Shown: positions 10,244 to 20,182 of the stretch, piece after piece
Numbering within the stretch: the first letter of the stretch is position 1
Layout of the letters: every line of letters starts with the position of its first letter
NCBI GenBank assembly: GCA_900544625.1
Contig: UQVR01000001.1
Coordinates: forward strand, 29,517 to 93,516
Origin: an uncultured Mycoplasmatota bacterium
Lineage (GTDB): Bacteria > Bacillota_I > Bacilli_A > RF39 > UBA660
DNA length: 64,000 nt
Reading direction: 5' to 3'
The notes under the pieces: model-generated
What the model was told of the DNA's origin: nothing
Database searches by the model: none
Seen by the model: only the letters and a program-made list of their open reading frames with translations
Program-made: the position numbers and the translations under genes

Positions 10244-10499
10244 TTTATATATTTTTTACATCATTTTCTATATTTTTTTAATCTGTCTATTTTGTGGTAT
10301 TGATGCAATTACTTGTGAAAATGGTTATTATCTTTTGAATAAATACTAAAAAATATGTGCAAAGTATTAGTCGTTAAATAAATTTTTAGAAACTTTTGAA
10401 AATTTTTTTGCTAGTTAAGTTATCTATTAAAAAATGATTGAGGTATTTGCTTTTTATTGGAATTTATGGTATATTACTAACTAGAAAGGAGTTGCTATC

Positions 10500-10913
10500 G
10501 TGAATAAAAATGAATATTTAAGTGAAGAAAAGTATCAAAAGATAAAAAAACTATTAATTACTTTAGGATTTATTTCACTTGCTGTTGGTATTATATTATT
10601 AATTTTGGCTATCATAGTAAAAATTCCTGATAATAATTCGGCTTTAGCAGATCCAAATTGGTGGAAAAATAGCGAAATCAGAAGTGATGCTGAAAGTAAA
10701 AAAGTGTTATTATTTTTCTTTTCGTTTGTCTTTAGTGTAATGCTTCCTGCTATGTTATTTGGAACGGCTTATAAACGAGAAATAAAAGCGTTTAATACTC
10801 AACAAGAAATGCCTGTTAAACAAGAAACTATTGAAAAAATGGCACCATCTGTTGGAGAAGCTGCAGGTACTGTTGCAAAAGGTATTAAAAAAGGATTGAA
10901 GGACGAAGAATAA
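10500..10913 (+). CDS. Small membrane protein (GTG start, 137 aa, two predicted TM segments)
   Basis: The ribosome-binding site AAAGGAG lies 8 nt upstream of GTG. Hydrophobic stretches LITLGFISLAVGIILLILAIIV and VLLFFFSFVFSVMLPAMLF. An upstream promoter TTGCTT-17-TATATT is present. Confidence 0.6.
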   Translation: MNKNEYLSEEKYQKIKKLLITLGFISLAVGIILLILAIIVKIPDNNSALADPNWWKNSEIRSDAESKKVLLFFFSFVFSVMLPAMLFGTAYKREIKAFNTQQEMPVKQETIEKMAPSVGEAAGTVAKGIKKGLKDEE

Positions 10914-10923
10914 GTAAATTACT

Positions 10924-10975
10924 TAAACTCAAATTAAAATTTTGAGTTTTTTTCTTTTTTGTTATATTATAAATA
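10924..10975 (+). repeat. Copy A of a 50 nt intergenic repeat (terminator hairpin + T-run + gttatattataaat)
   Basis: AACTCAAA-ttaaaat-TTTGAGTT followed by a T-run. A near-identical copy lies at 12060-12110. Confidence 0.6.
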
Positions 10976-11142
10976 TTGTAATAAGAATAAGTATATATAA
11001 TTGTTACAATAGATGTATTAAAAGATGGAAAGAAAGTAATAAAAATTATAATAATGTTGAAAAGATTTTTTGACATTTAGTTGATTAATATTATGTATGC
11101 TGATATAATATTCGAAAGAGTTATGCAAGTGGAGGTTTTGTA

Positions 11143-12072
11143 ATGTTAAAGTATTATTTAGAGTTATTAGGTTTTTCTGATATGCCAGATTTTATTATAA
11201 AATATTTAAACTGTCCATCATTAATTAGGCTTAAAGATGTAGGTTACTTTTGTGGTATGGATTATGCTTCGAAAGATATTTATGATTTTAGAGAATATAT
11301 AAGTAGATATGATCATTCTTTAACTGTTGCTTTGATTGTATATAAACTAACTCATGATAAAAAAGCTACAATAGCAGGATTATTTCATGATATAGCAACA
11401 CCATGTTTTTCTCATGTTATTGATTATATGAATAAAGATCATGAAAAACAAGAAACTACAGAAGAATATACTGATTTTGTTATAGAAAATGATATTTGGT
11501 TATGCCATTGTTTAGAAGAAGATGGTATATATTTAGAGGATATTGTTGATTTTAAAAAATATAGTATAGTTGATAATGATAGGCCAAAAGCGTGTGCAGA
11601 TAGAATTGATGGAGTTGTTTTAACTGGTATTGGTTGGACTAAAAATATTTCCAAAAATGATATTAAAAACATAGTTATGGCGATGAGGCTGTTTAAAAAT
11701 GAAAATGAAGAATTAGAAATTGGGTTTAATTCTTTAGAAGTTGCTAAATTGGTGCTAAAGGTAAGCGAAAGTATAGATTCTTATTGTCATTCAAAAGAAG
11801 ATTTCTATATGATGGAACTACTCGCTAAAATAACTAAATATGCAATTGATATGAACATTATTTGTTATGATGATTTGTATAAGCTAAACGAAAAAGAATT
11901 ATTTAATATACTTGAAGAATCTAGTGATTTGTATTTAAAAGAGTTGATTATGGAATTTAAAACTAAGAAAAAAGAAGATATTGAAGATGTAAAGGTGTCT
12001 AATGTTAAGATTAGAGATTTGAACCCTTTAGTAAATGGTGAAAGATTGAGGTTAGTACGAACTCGAAATTAA
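11143..12072 (+). CDS. HD-domain phosphohydrolase family protein
   Basis: H...HD...D motif pattern: SRYDHSLTVALIV, GLFHDIATPCFSH and ADRIDG. The ribosome-binding site GGAGG lies 8 nt upstream. Confidence 0.6.
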   Translation: MLKYYLELLGFSDMPDFIIKYLNCPSLIRLKDVGYFCGMDYASKDIYDFREYISRYDHSLTVALIVYKLTHDKKATIAGLFHDIATPCFSHVIDYMNKDHEKQETTEEYTDFVIENDIWLCHCLEEDGIYLEDIVDFKKYSIVDNDRPKACADRIDGVVLTGIGWTKNISKNDIKNIVMAMRLFKNENEELEIGFNSLEVAKLVLKVSESIDSYCHSKEDFYMMELLAKITKYAIDMNIICYDDLYKLNEKELFNILEESSDLYLKELIMEFKTKKKEDIEDVKVSNVKIRDLNPLVNGERLRLVRTRN

Positions 12073-12110
12073 AATTTTGTTTTTTTCCTTTTTGTGTTAT
12101 ATTATAAATG
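12060..12110 (+). repeat. Copy B of the 50 nt intergenic repeat
   Basis: About 85% identical to 10924-10975. Contains the stop codon of the HD gene and precedes the NUDIX gene. Confidence 0.6.
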
Positions 12111-12121
12111 GAGATGATTTT

Positions 12122-12547
12122 ATGAAACCTGGATTAGGTGTTGGTGTTATGATATTAAAGGATAATAAGGTGTTACTTGGCCTTCGTAATCCTGATAAAG
12201 TGAAAGCTTCAAGCGAACTAAAGGGAGAAGGTACATGGACTATGCCTGGTGGTAAAGTTGAATTTATGGAAAAGTTAGTTGATGCTGCTAAAAGAGAATT
12301 GGAAGAAGAAACTAGTTTAATTGCCAAAGACTTAAAACTAATATGTGTATCTGATGATATGACTGATACAGCTCATTATGTTACGGCAGGATTTTTAGTC
12401 AATTGCTATGAAGGTGAGATTAAAGCTATGGAACCAGAAACTATTTTGGAGTGGAAATGGTTTGATATTGATAATTTACCTGAAAATATGTATAAACCAA
12501 GTAAAGTGGTAATTGAAAAATATTTAAACAATATTATTTATGAATAA
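12122..12547 (+). CDS. NUDIX hydrolase
   Basis: Nudix box GGKVEFMEKLVDAAKRELEEETSL (Gx5Ex7REUxEExGU). The ribosome-binding site GGAGAT precedes ATG 12122. Confidence 0.85.
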   Translation: MKPGLGVGVMILKDNKVLLGLRNPDKVKASSELKGEGTWTMPGGKVEFMEKLVDAAKRELEEETSLIAKDLKLICVSDDMTDTAHYVTAGFLVNCYEGEIKAMEPETILEWKWFDIDNLPENMYKPSKVVIEKYLNNIIYE

Positions 12548-12610
12548 AAAATACAAATAAACGTTTGCTATTTGTTTATACTTATGATATTATATGTTTA
12601 GGTGGTAATA

Positions 12611-13468
12611 ATGGTTTATTTAAAAGAATTTAATCTGCTTAGTGAAGAATTTGAAAATGGCATATTGATTAATGAACGAAGAAATTATTTTCATAATCAA
12701 TACCCTTTTAGAATTTTTACTGATAAAAAATTAGAGAAAATAGATTTTACAAATATTACAATACTTTATGGCGGTAATGGTTCTGGTAAATCAACAATAC
12801 TAAATATTATTGCAGAAAAGCTTAATGCTAAAGGACTAAATTTTACTGGTGGAGAAATGTTTCAAACTTATGTGGATTATTGTAAGTATGAAACCTCTTT
12901 AGAAATTCCAGATGAAGTAAAAATTATTAAAAGTGATGATGTTTTTGATTATATTTATAATGTTAAAAGAATTAATAATCGAGGATTTAATCAAAGAGAA
13001 GCTTTGTTAAAAGAATATTTTGAATGTAAAAAGACCTCGATTAGAGATATTAATGATTATCAAAGTATTAAAAATGAAGTAGATTCTAAAAGATTGGGAC
13101 CATCTGGTTTTATTCGGAGAAGAATGCTTGATAAGGATGTTTTTGAACAATCAAATGGTGAATCTGCTTTAATGTATTTCATATCTGAAATTAAAGATAA
13201 TGGAATATATTTACTTGATGAACCTGAAAATAGTATGTCAGCTTCAATGCAATTAAAACTTGCTAAATTTTTAGAAGAATCAGCCCGATTTTTTAATTGT
13301 CAATTTATTATTGCTACACATTCTCCTTTTATATTTGGGATAGATAGTGCAACGATTTATGACTTAGATAGTGTGCCTGTTTCTACCAAAAAATGGTGGG
13401 AACTTGAAAATATGAAAATATATTATAACTTTTTTAAAGATAATAGTGAAAAATTCGACAAAAAATAA
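12611..13468 (+). CDS. Stand-alone ABC-type/AAA_21-like ATPase (no transmembrane domain)
   Basis: Walker A ILYGGNGSGKST, signature-like SNGESALM, Walker B YLLDEPENS and H-loop ATHSPF. The ribosome-binding site AGGTGG precedes the ATG. Confidence 0.7.
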   Translation: MVYLKEFNLLSEEFENGILINERRNYFHNQYPFRIFTDKKLEKIDFTNITILYGGNGSGKSTILNIIAEKLNAKGLNFTGGEMFQTYVDYCKYETSLEIPDEVKIIKSDDVFDYIYNVKRINNRGFNQREALLKEYFECKKTSIRDINDYQSIKNEVDSKRLGPSGFIRRRMLDKDVFEQSNGESALMYFISEIKDNGIYLLDEPENSMSASMQLKLAKFLEESARFFNCQFIIATHSPFIFGIDSATIYDLDSVPVSTKKWWELENMKIYYNFFKDNSEKFDKK

Positions 13469-13752
13469 CATTTCACATTTTCTTCACAATTATTTCACAC
13501 TCAATTGTTAGTATTATTTTTAGAGGTTTTAGGAAAAATTGTTTATAAATCATTAACTCTTTTACAAACCTTTCTATAATATAAATTATAGTCTTATAGT
13601 TCCTACAATATTAAGTATTAAAGTTTTCTTTAAAAATATAAACATTTATTGAGTACTTAAGACCTCTATGTTGGATGAAGATTTACTTCATCCTTTTATA
13701 TTGCAATTTACTGATATTTTTGGTAGAATTAATTTGATAGTGGGTGAAGTAA

Positions 13753-13998
13753 ATGGATTACAAAACAACAGTATTTAATGTTAAAGAATTAAGACAAGAA
13801 CTAATACTTATGACTATTAATGAAGTAGTTGAAGCGTTGGAATTTAAAGGTTATAATGCTACGAATCAGTTAGTAGGTTATTTAATAAGTGGAGATGAAA
13901 AGTATATAACTACTTTTAATCATTCGAGAGCTAAACTTTGTAAGTTTGATCGTAGTGAAATATTAATGGCAATATTAAATGCCTACATGGGGCGCTAA
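13753..13998 (+). CDS. ireB: IreB/UPF0297 (YrzL) family regulatory protein
   Basis: The 81 aa protein matches the YrzL family (LVGYLISGDEKYIT). It sits immediately upstream of ruvX as in Bacillus. Confidence 0.75.
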   Translation: MDYKTTVFNVKELRQELILMTINEVVEALEFKGYNATNQLVGYLISGDEKYITTFNHSRAKLCKFDRSEILMAILNAYMGR

Positions 13999-14420
13999 TG
14001 AGATATTTAGGACTTGATTTAGGGACAACTTCTCTTGGAGTAGCCATTAGTGATAAAACCAATACTTTAGTAAGCCCACTGACTTTGATCAAATTTAAAA
14101 AAGAAGATTATAATGATGCATTAAATAAATTGATGGAAATAATAAAAGATAAAAATATTTCAAAAGTAGTCTTAGGACTTCCTAAAAATATGGATAATAG
14201 TTTAGGCTTTGCAGCACAAAGAAGCTTAAATTTCAAGAAAATATTAGAAAGTGCAAATGTTGAAGTAATACTTGAAGATGAAAGATTAACTACAGTTGAA
14301 GCGATTAATATTATGAAAAATAATGGATTAAAAAGAATTAATGAACAAAATAAAACAGATGTATTATCAGCAGTTTTGATATTAGAATCTTATTTAAAGA
14401 GGCAAAATTATGGAAAATAA
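13998..14420 (+). CDS. ruvX: Holliday-junction resolvase-like YqgF/RuvX
   Basis: N-terminus YLGLDLGTTSLGVAISD (RNase H-like fold); 140 aa. Confidence 0.85.
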   Translation: MRYLGLDLGTTSLGVAISDKTNTLVSPLTLIKFKKEDYNDALNKLMEIIKDKNISKVVLGLPKNMDNSLGFAAQRSLNFKKILESANVEVILEDERLTTVEAINIMKNNGLKRINEQNKTDVLSAVLILESYLKRQNYGK

Positions 14421-14688
14421 GTTAGTAGTAGAAGAAGATATAGATAAAAAAGAATATAAAACCATTATAAAGATTACAATGGAAGATGAAGAATTTATTA
14501 TATATACCAAAGATGAAATAAATAAGCTCGGAGATGTAATTTGTTATGTATCAAGTTATTGTTACGAAGATGGAAAACAAGTATTAAAACCAATTAAAGA
14601 TAAAAGGAAGCTAGAAATTCTTGATAATATTTTTTTACAAGTACAAAATTTAATTAATAAAAAGGATTGTGGTAAAGATGAAAAATAA
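14410..14688 (+). CDS. DUF1292 (YrzB) family protein
   Basis: A 92 aa acidic protein in the conserved position between ruvX and mltG. Confidence 0.6.
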   Translation: MENKLVVEEDIDKKEYKTIIKITMEDEEFIIYTKDEINKLGDVICYVSSYCYEDGKQVLKPIKDKRKLEILDNIFLQVQNLINKKDCGKDEK

Positions 14689-15727
14689 AAAACTATTTAT
14701 TGTTTTGGGTGTTATTCTAGGTATAATTATAGCACTTATAGCAACTTATTTTATATTACTTACACCAAGTAGTAAGAGTAATAAAGTAATTACATTTACG
14801 GTTAAAAAAGGTGATGGTAAAGAAAAAATTGTTGATAATTTAAAAGACGCAAAACTTATTAGAAGCAAGTATGCTGCAATAATTTATTTGGTAATTTCTG
14901 GTAATAAGAACTTGCAAGCAGGATCATATGAGTTTAGCAGAGATATGTCAACACAAGATATTATTAAATCTTTAAATAGTGGTGATGTTATTAAAGAATT
15001 TAAACCAAGTGTTAAAATAACTTTAAAAGAAGGTGTTACTTTAAAAGAATACATGAAGCTAATTAGTGATGAAACTAATATAGATTTTGATGAAGCAATA
15101 AAAAAGGTAAATGATAAATCGTTTTTGAAAGGCTTAATTGCCGATTATTGGTTTTTAACTAACGATATACTTGATGATGATATTTATTATGCCTTAGAAG
15201 GTTATTTGTTTCCTGAAACATATGAATTTTATAAAGAAACTACGGTTGAACAAGTGATAAGAAGAATTCTTAATGTAACAAATGAAAAGTTAAGCCCTTT
15301 AAAAGAAGAAATAAAGAAAAGTAAATATAGTGTTCATGAAATATTTACAATAGCAAGTATTGCTGAAAAAGAAGCAAATAAATATGAAGATAGAAAGATG
15401 GTTACTCAAGTAATAAATAAAAGATTAGAATTAAATATGAGTTTAGGAATGGATGTAACTAGTTATTATGGTGTTCAAAAAAGTATGAAGGAAACTTTAA
15501 CAAAAGTTGACTTAAATGATGAAAACCCTTATAATACTAGAGTTACTACATTTATTGGGCTTCCTGTTGGACCTATTTGTAATCCATCTATTGGAAGTAT
15601 AAAGGCTGCACTTGAACCTGCAGATACTGATTATCTTTATTTTGTAGCAGATGTAGATACTGGTAAGGTTTATTTTGCTAAAGATATTGATGGTTTTAAT
15701 GAATTAGTAAGAAGATATATAAAGTAA
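14678..15727 (+). CDS. mltG: Endolytic murein transglycosylase MltG (YceG family)
   Basis: N-terminal transmembrane helix followed by a YceG-like domain. Synteny yrzL-yrrK-yrzB-yrrL. ATG 14678 has the ribosome-binding site AAGGA. Confidence 0.85.
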   Translation: MKNKKLFIVLGVILGIIIALIATYFILLTPSSKSNKVITFTVKKGDGKEKIVDNLKDAKLIRSKYAAIIYLVISGNKNLQAGSYEFSRDMSTQDIIKSLNSGDVIKEFKPSVKITLKEGVTLKEYMKLISDETNIDFDEAIKKVNDKSFLKGLIADYWFLTNDILDDDIYYALEGYLFPETYEFYKETTVEQVIRRILNVTNEKLSPLKEEIKKSKYSVHEIFTIASIAEKEANKYEDRKMVTQVINKRLELNMSLGMDVTSYYGVQKSMKETLTKVDLNDENPYNTRVTTFIGLPVGPICNPSIGSIKAALEPADTDYLYFVADVDTGKVYFAKDIDGFNELVRRYIK

Positions 15728-15739
15728 AGGTGAATTAAA

Positions 15740-16333
15740 TTGAAAGAACAAATATTAGAAATGGAAAGGTATGCTAACGAAAAAAATGTACCAATCATTG
15801 AAAAAAAATCTATTGCATTTATAATGAAATATATTAAAGAAAATAATATAAAAAATGTTTTAGAAATAGGAAGTGCAATTGGTTATTCAGCAATACTTAT
15901 GGCATCTAGTACACAAGATTGTGTAGTTACAACAATTGAAAGAGATGAAGTAAGATATATGGAATGCCTAAAAAATGTGAAGAAATGTGGCATGGAAAAG
16001 AAAATTAATGTTGTTTATCAAGATGCATTAGAGTTAAATTTATCTGATGATTTAAGATATGATTTAATATTTATTGATGCAGCAAAAGGACAATATACTA
16101 AATTTTTTGAAAAGTATAAAAATTTCTTAAATCCAAATGGTACCATTATAACAGATAATATTAAATTTCATGGTTATGTTGGTGAATCTAGTAAGTTAGA
16201 TAAAGGCAATTTAAAAAGCCTAGTGGAAAAAATCGAAAATTATATTGAATTTTTAAAAAGTAATACTGAGTTTGATACCGAGTTTTATGATATTGGGGAT
16301 GGACTATCAGTAAGTACATGGAAACATGAATAA
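15740..16333 (+). CDS. SAM-dependent O-methyltransferase (YrrM/class I OMT family)
   Basis: SAM motif VLEIGSAIGYSAILMA and IFIDAAKGQY. TTG start with the ribosome-binding site AAAGGTGA. Confidence 0.75.
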   Translation: MKEQILEMERYANEKNVPIIEKKSIAFIMKYIKENNIKNVLEIGSAIGYSAILMASSTQDCVVTTIERDEVRYMECLKNVKKCGMEKKINVVYQDALELNLSDDLRYDLIFIDAAKGQYTKFFEKYKNFLNPNGTIITDNIKFHGYVGESSKLDKGNLKSLVEKIENYIEFLKSNTEFDTEFYDIGDGLSVSTWKHE

Positions 16334-17087
16334 ATTAGTAACTGTAACTAATAAAGATTTTATAAGTAATTTAAAGAAAGAGGATGTAACACTAGTTTAT
16401 CCTCTTAGATTTTTTTCCGTAGGTTATGAAGAGTATTTTGATATAAAAGATATAGATGATTTTGTCTTAGTAAATAGAATATTAAATGATGAAGAATTAA
16501 ATAATTTTGAAGAAATTTTAGTATCGAGCGATGTAAAAGGAATTATGTTTGATGATTTAGGTATTTTAGATATTGTTAAGGATATGAATATAACTAAGAT
16601 ATTAATATTAGATCATATAAGTAATAATGTTAGCTCAATTAATAGTTATTTAGAATATGTAGATAGTATAGTTGTTTCTAGTGATTTATCTGAAGAAGAA
16701 ATTAGGAATATAGTTAAAAATGTTAATAAAAAAGTAGTAATATATACATTTGGTTTAAAAGGGCTTATGTTTTCAAGAAGAAATTTATTAGATAATTATG
16801 AGATGTATTATAAATTAGATAAAGAAAAAGTAATAGATAGCCATATCAATAATAAATTTTTTAAAGTAATAGAATCTGATTATGGAACTAAAGTTTATGC
16901 TTATCCATATTATGACGGAACTAGTTTACTTGATTTAGATAATGTTTTATATTTCTGGTATGATCCCATTCTTTTAGATATAAATAATATAAGAAAAGTA
17001 TTAAATAATGATTTAAGTAATATAGATTGTAGTAGAATATTTTTAGATAAAAAAACAGTATATAAGGTAGGTGATTTAGATGCCTGA
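16326..17087 (+). CDS. YrrN-like protein (U32 peptidase family-related, lower confidence)
   Basis: Occupies the position and orientation of Bacillus yrrN, upstream of the U32 peptidase gene. No clear catalytic motif was seen. Confidence 0.45.
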   Translation: MNKLVTVTNKDFISNLKKEDVTLVYPLRFFSVGYEEYFDIKDIDDFVLVNRILNDEELNNFEEILVSSDVKGIMFDDLGILDIVKDMNITKILILDHISNNVSSINSYLEYVDSIVVSSDLSEEEIRNIVKNVNKKVVIYTFGLKGLMFSRRNLLDNYEMYYKLDKEKVIDSHINNKFFKVIESDYGTKVYAYPYYDGTSLLDLDNVLYFWYDPILLDINNIRKVLNNDLSNIDCSRIFLDKKTVYKVGDLDA

Positions 17088-18267
17088 GTTATTAGCACCT
17101 GCTGGTGATTTTGAAAAAATGAAGTTTGCTTACCTATATGGAGCAGATGCTATTTATTGCGGTGGACAAAATTTTAGTTTAAGAGCTAATGCTAAGAATT
17201 TTAGTTTAGAAGAATTAAAAGAAGCAAGTAATTATGCTCATAGGCTAGGTAAGAAGATTTATGTAACTGTTAATATTGTGTTTCATGATGAAAATTTAAG
17301 TGGTTTAGAAGAATATTTGAAATATTTGGATAGTATAAAAGTTGATGGAATAATTGCAAGTGATATAATAGTTATTAAGATGTGTCAAGATTTTAATCTT
17401 GGTTTGAATGTTTGTTTATCTACACAAGCTAGTACTCTAAATAGTAGAGCAGTTAAATTTTGGCAAAAGTTAGGTGTTACAAGAGTGGTTTTAGCACGTG
17501 AGGCATCTCGTCAAGATTTAATTAATATTGCTAAAACTGGTATTGAAATCGAAACGTTTATTCATGGTGCTATCTGTACTTCTTTTAGTGGTAAATGTGT
17601 TTTATCAAATTATATGACTAATAGAGATTCTAATCGTGGTGGTTGTGCTCAAGTATGTCGTTGGGAATTTTTAGTAAACGATAAACCTAATTTAACTATT
17701 ATGCCTAAAGATTTAAATATGGTACCATTTATAAAAGATCAAATTGATTTAGGTGTTGCATCTTTTAAAATTGAAGGTAGAATGCGTTCAATTTATTATG
17801 TATCTACTGTTTTACTAAGTTATAGAAGAATGATTGATGCGGCTTTAAATAATACTTTAACTAAAAAAATGGAAGATTATTATTTAAAAATATTAAATCG
17901 TTGTGCAAATCGTGAATCAACTCCGCAATTTTATGATAAATTACCTGGAGTAAATGAAGAATATTGGAATGGAAGAACAGAAGTATCAAATCAAGATTTT
18001 TTAGGATTAGTGTTAGACTATGATGAAGTAATTAAAGTTGCTACGATTGAGGTAAGAAATTACTTTGAGAGCGGACAAATTGTGCAATTTTTTGGACCAA
18101 ATCATGAAACATTTGATTATCAAATTAATACAATATATGATAATGAAGATAATGTTATCGATGTATGTAGGCATCCAAAAAGTATTATAAAAATGAATGT
18201 GGATGATAAACTACAAGTAAATGATATGATGAGGTTAAAAGTATTTGACAAATTAGATGTTTTATAG
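17080..18267 (+). CDS. Peptidase U32 family protein (YrrO/RlhA-like)
   Basis: N-terminus PELLAPAGDFEKMKFAYLYGADAIYCGG is typical of the U32 collagenase-like family. Confidence 0.8.
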   Translation: MPELLAPAGDFEKMKFAYLYGADAIYCGGQNFSLRANAKNFSLEELKEASNYAHRLGKKIYVTVNIVFHDENLSGLEEYLKYLDSIKVDGIIASDIIVIKMCQDFNLGLNVCLSTQASTLNSRAVKFWQKLGVTRVVLAREASRQDLINIAKTGIEIETFIHGAICTSFSGKCVLSNYMTNRDSNRGGCAQVCRWEFLVNDKPNLTIMPKDLNMVPFIKDQIDLGVASFKIEGRMRSIYYVSTVLLSYRRMIDAALNNTLTKKMEDYYLKILNRCANRESTPQFYDKLPGVNEEYWNGRTEVSNQDFLGLVLDYDEVIKVATIEVRNYFESGQIVQFFGPNHETFDYQINTIYDNEDNVIDVCRHPKSIIKMNVDDKLQVNDMMRLKVFDKLDVL

Positions 18268-18313
18268 TATGATTATGAACTGTAAATTGAAATAAAAAAG
18301 GAGATTGATTTTT

Positions 18314-18781
18314 ATGAAAAAAGAAAATACATTTATAATGACTGCGGAAGGGTTTTTAGAAGCTGAAAATGAATTGAATGAGCTTAAAAATGTTCGTCGT
18401 CCAGAAGTAATTAAAGCGTTAAAAGAAGCAAGAGCTTTAGGAGATTTATCTGAAAATGCCGATTATGATGCTGCTAGAAATGAACAAGCTATAATTGAAG
18501 CAAAGATTCAAGAATTAGAATATAAACTTGAACATGCTGAAATAATAGATAATAAAAAAAAGAATGAAGTTAGTTTGGGTTCAACAGTTACTATTAGCTA
18601 TGATGATGGTGAAGAAGAAGAATATAAAATTGTTGGGTCTATGGAAGCTGATCCATTTGAAAATAAAATATCAAATGAATCACCTTTAGGAATTGCTTTG
18701 CTTAAACATAAAATTGGTGATAGTGTTGAAGTTGCGAGCCCAAATGGTGGTTATATAATAAAAATTAAAAAAATAGCTTAG
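18314..18781 (+). CDS. greA: Transcription elongation factor GreA
   Basis: Segments LKNVRRPEVIKALKEARALGDLSENADYDAA and C-terminal SPLGIALLKHKIGDSVEV match GreA. Confidence 0.9.
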   Translation: MKKENTFIMTAEGFLEAENELNELKNVRRPEVIKALKEARALGDLSENADYDAARNEQAIIEAKIQELEYKLEHAEIIDNKKKNEVSLGSTVTISYDDGEEEEYKIVGSMEADPFENKISNESPLGIALLKHKIGDSVEVASPNGGYIIKIKKIA

Positions 18782-18859
18782 ATTCTAGGAAATTGGTTTA
18801 TTTTCTTGTAAAATGAAGGTAATTATATTATAATAAAGTAGTTAGGAAGGAAGTATTTT

Positions 18860-20104
18860 ATGAAAAATGTACATGAAGTTGAAATTAAATTAGAAAAAGA
18901 ATGGGTAGATTCTTTAGATGCCGTATTCAAAAAGAAAAATAAAGAAGTTAAAATTGATGGTTTTAGAAAAGGAATGGCAAGTAAAGAAATTTATTTAAAA
19001 CATTTTGGAATTGAATCATTATATGCTGATGCTATAGATGCTTGTATAAGTGTTGCATATAAAAAGGCTTTAGATAAAGAAAAATTAATACCAGTTATTG
19101 AACCTCAAGTTGATGTTACTGGAATTAGTGATACAAATGTTATATTTAAATTTACTATTATAACTAAACCAGAAGTTACTCTAGGTGATTATAAAAACTT
19201 AAAAGTTAAAAAAGAAGAAGCTAAAGTAACTGATGAAGAAGTAAATAATGAAATTGAGCACATGAGAGCTCACATGGCTGATGTTGTTGTAAAAGAAGAT
19301 GGCACAGTTGTTGAAGGTGATACCGCAGTTATTAGCTTTACTGGAGTTGTTGATGGTAAAGAGGTTGAAGGTGCCAAAGGAGAAAATTATCCATTAGAAA
19401 TAGGAAGCCATTCATTTATTCCTGGCTTTGAAGAAGGCGTAATCGGAATGAAGACTGGAGAAACTAAAGAATTAAATCTTAAATTTCCTGAAAACTATGT
19501 TGAAGAGTTAAAAGGTATGGATGTAACATTTACTGTAACAGTAAATGAAGTTAAAACTAGGGTTTTACCTGAAATTAATAAAGAATTCTTTGAAGATTTA
19601 GGATATGAAGATGTAAAAGATGAGGCTGGATTAAAAGCTAAAGTTAAAGAAGAATTAATTCATGAAAAAGAACATCATTTAGAAGATGAATTTATGGATA
19701 AGGTATTAGAAGCAGCAGCTAAAAACATGAAAGCTGAAATTAATCCAGAAATTATTGATGAAGAAGTTCATAGAATGATTAATCAATATGCAGAACAATT
19801 AAAGATGCAAGGAATGGATTTCAATGAATTTATGAAAATTACTGGTACTAAAGAAGAAGATTTACATAAACAAATGGAACCAGAAGCTGAAAAACGTGTT
19901 AAATATCGTTTTATGTTAGAAGCTATTGCTGAAAAAGAAGATTTAAAATTTACTAAAGAAGAAGTTGAAAATAGAGCTTCAGAAATTGCAGCATCTTATG
20001 GTGTTGATAAAGCTGAACTTTTAAAAGCTTATGGATCAATGGACGTTATTGAATATGATATGAAGATGCATAAAGCATTAGAAATATTAAAAGAAAATAA
20101 TTAA
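18860..20104 (+). CDS. tig: Trigger factor
   Basis: N-terminus GFRKGMASKEIYLKHFG and an FKBP-type PPIase segment GFEEGVIGMKTGE; 414 aa. Confidence 0.9.
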   Translation: MKNVHEVEIKLEKEWVDSLDAVFKKKNKEVKIDGFRKGMASKEIYLKHFGIESLYADAIDACISVAYKKALDKEKLIPVIEPQVDVTGISDTNVIFKFTIITKPEVTLGDYKNLKVKKEEAKVTDEEVNNEIEHMRAHMADVVVKEDGTVVEGDTAVISFTGVVDGKEVEGAKGENYPLEIGSHSFIPGFEEGVIGMKTGETKELNLKFPENYVEELKGMDVTFTVTVNEVKTRVLPEINKEFFEDLGYEDVKDEAGLKAKVKEELIHEKEHHLEDEFMDKVLEAAAKNMKAEINPEIIDEEVHRMINQYAEQLKMQGMDFNEFMKITGTKEEDLHKQMEPEAEKRVKYRFMLEAIAEKEDLKFTKEEVENRASEIAASYGVDKAELLKAYGSMDVIEYDMKMHKALEILKENN

Positions 20105-20130
20105 AGACCTATATTTGGTCTTTTTTTCTT
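20103..20130 (+). terminator. Rho-independent terminator after tig
   Basis: AGACC-tatattt-GGTCT followed by T7. Confidence 0.7.
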
Positions 20131-20182
20131 GACAATTTATATAAATTTATTATAAAATATTCCTTACCTAAGGAGGGGAAAT

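Noticed and set aside
12077-12121. ORF-track N-terminal extension of the NUDIX gene
   Set aside because: The extension lies across the repeat/terminator element, and the ribosome-binding site supports ATG 12122.
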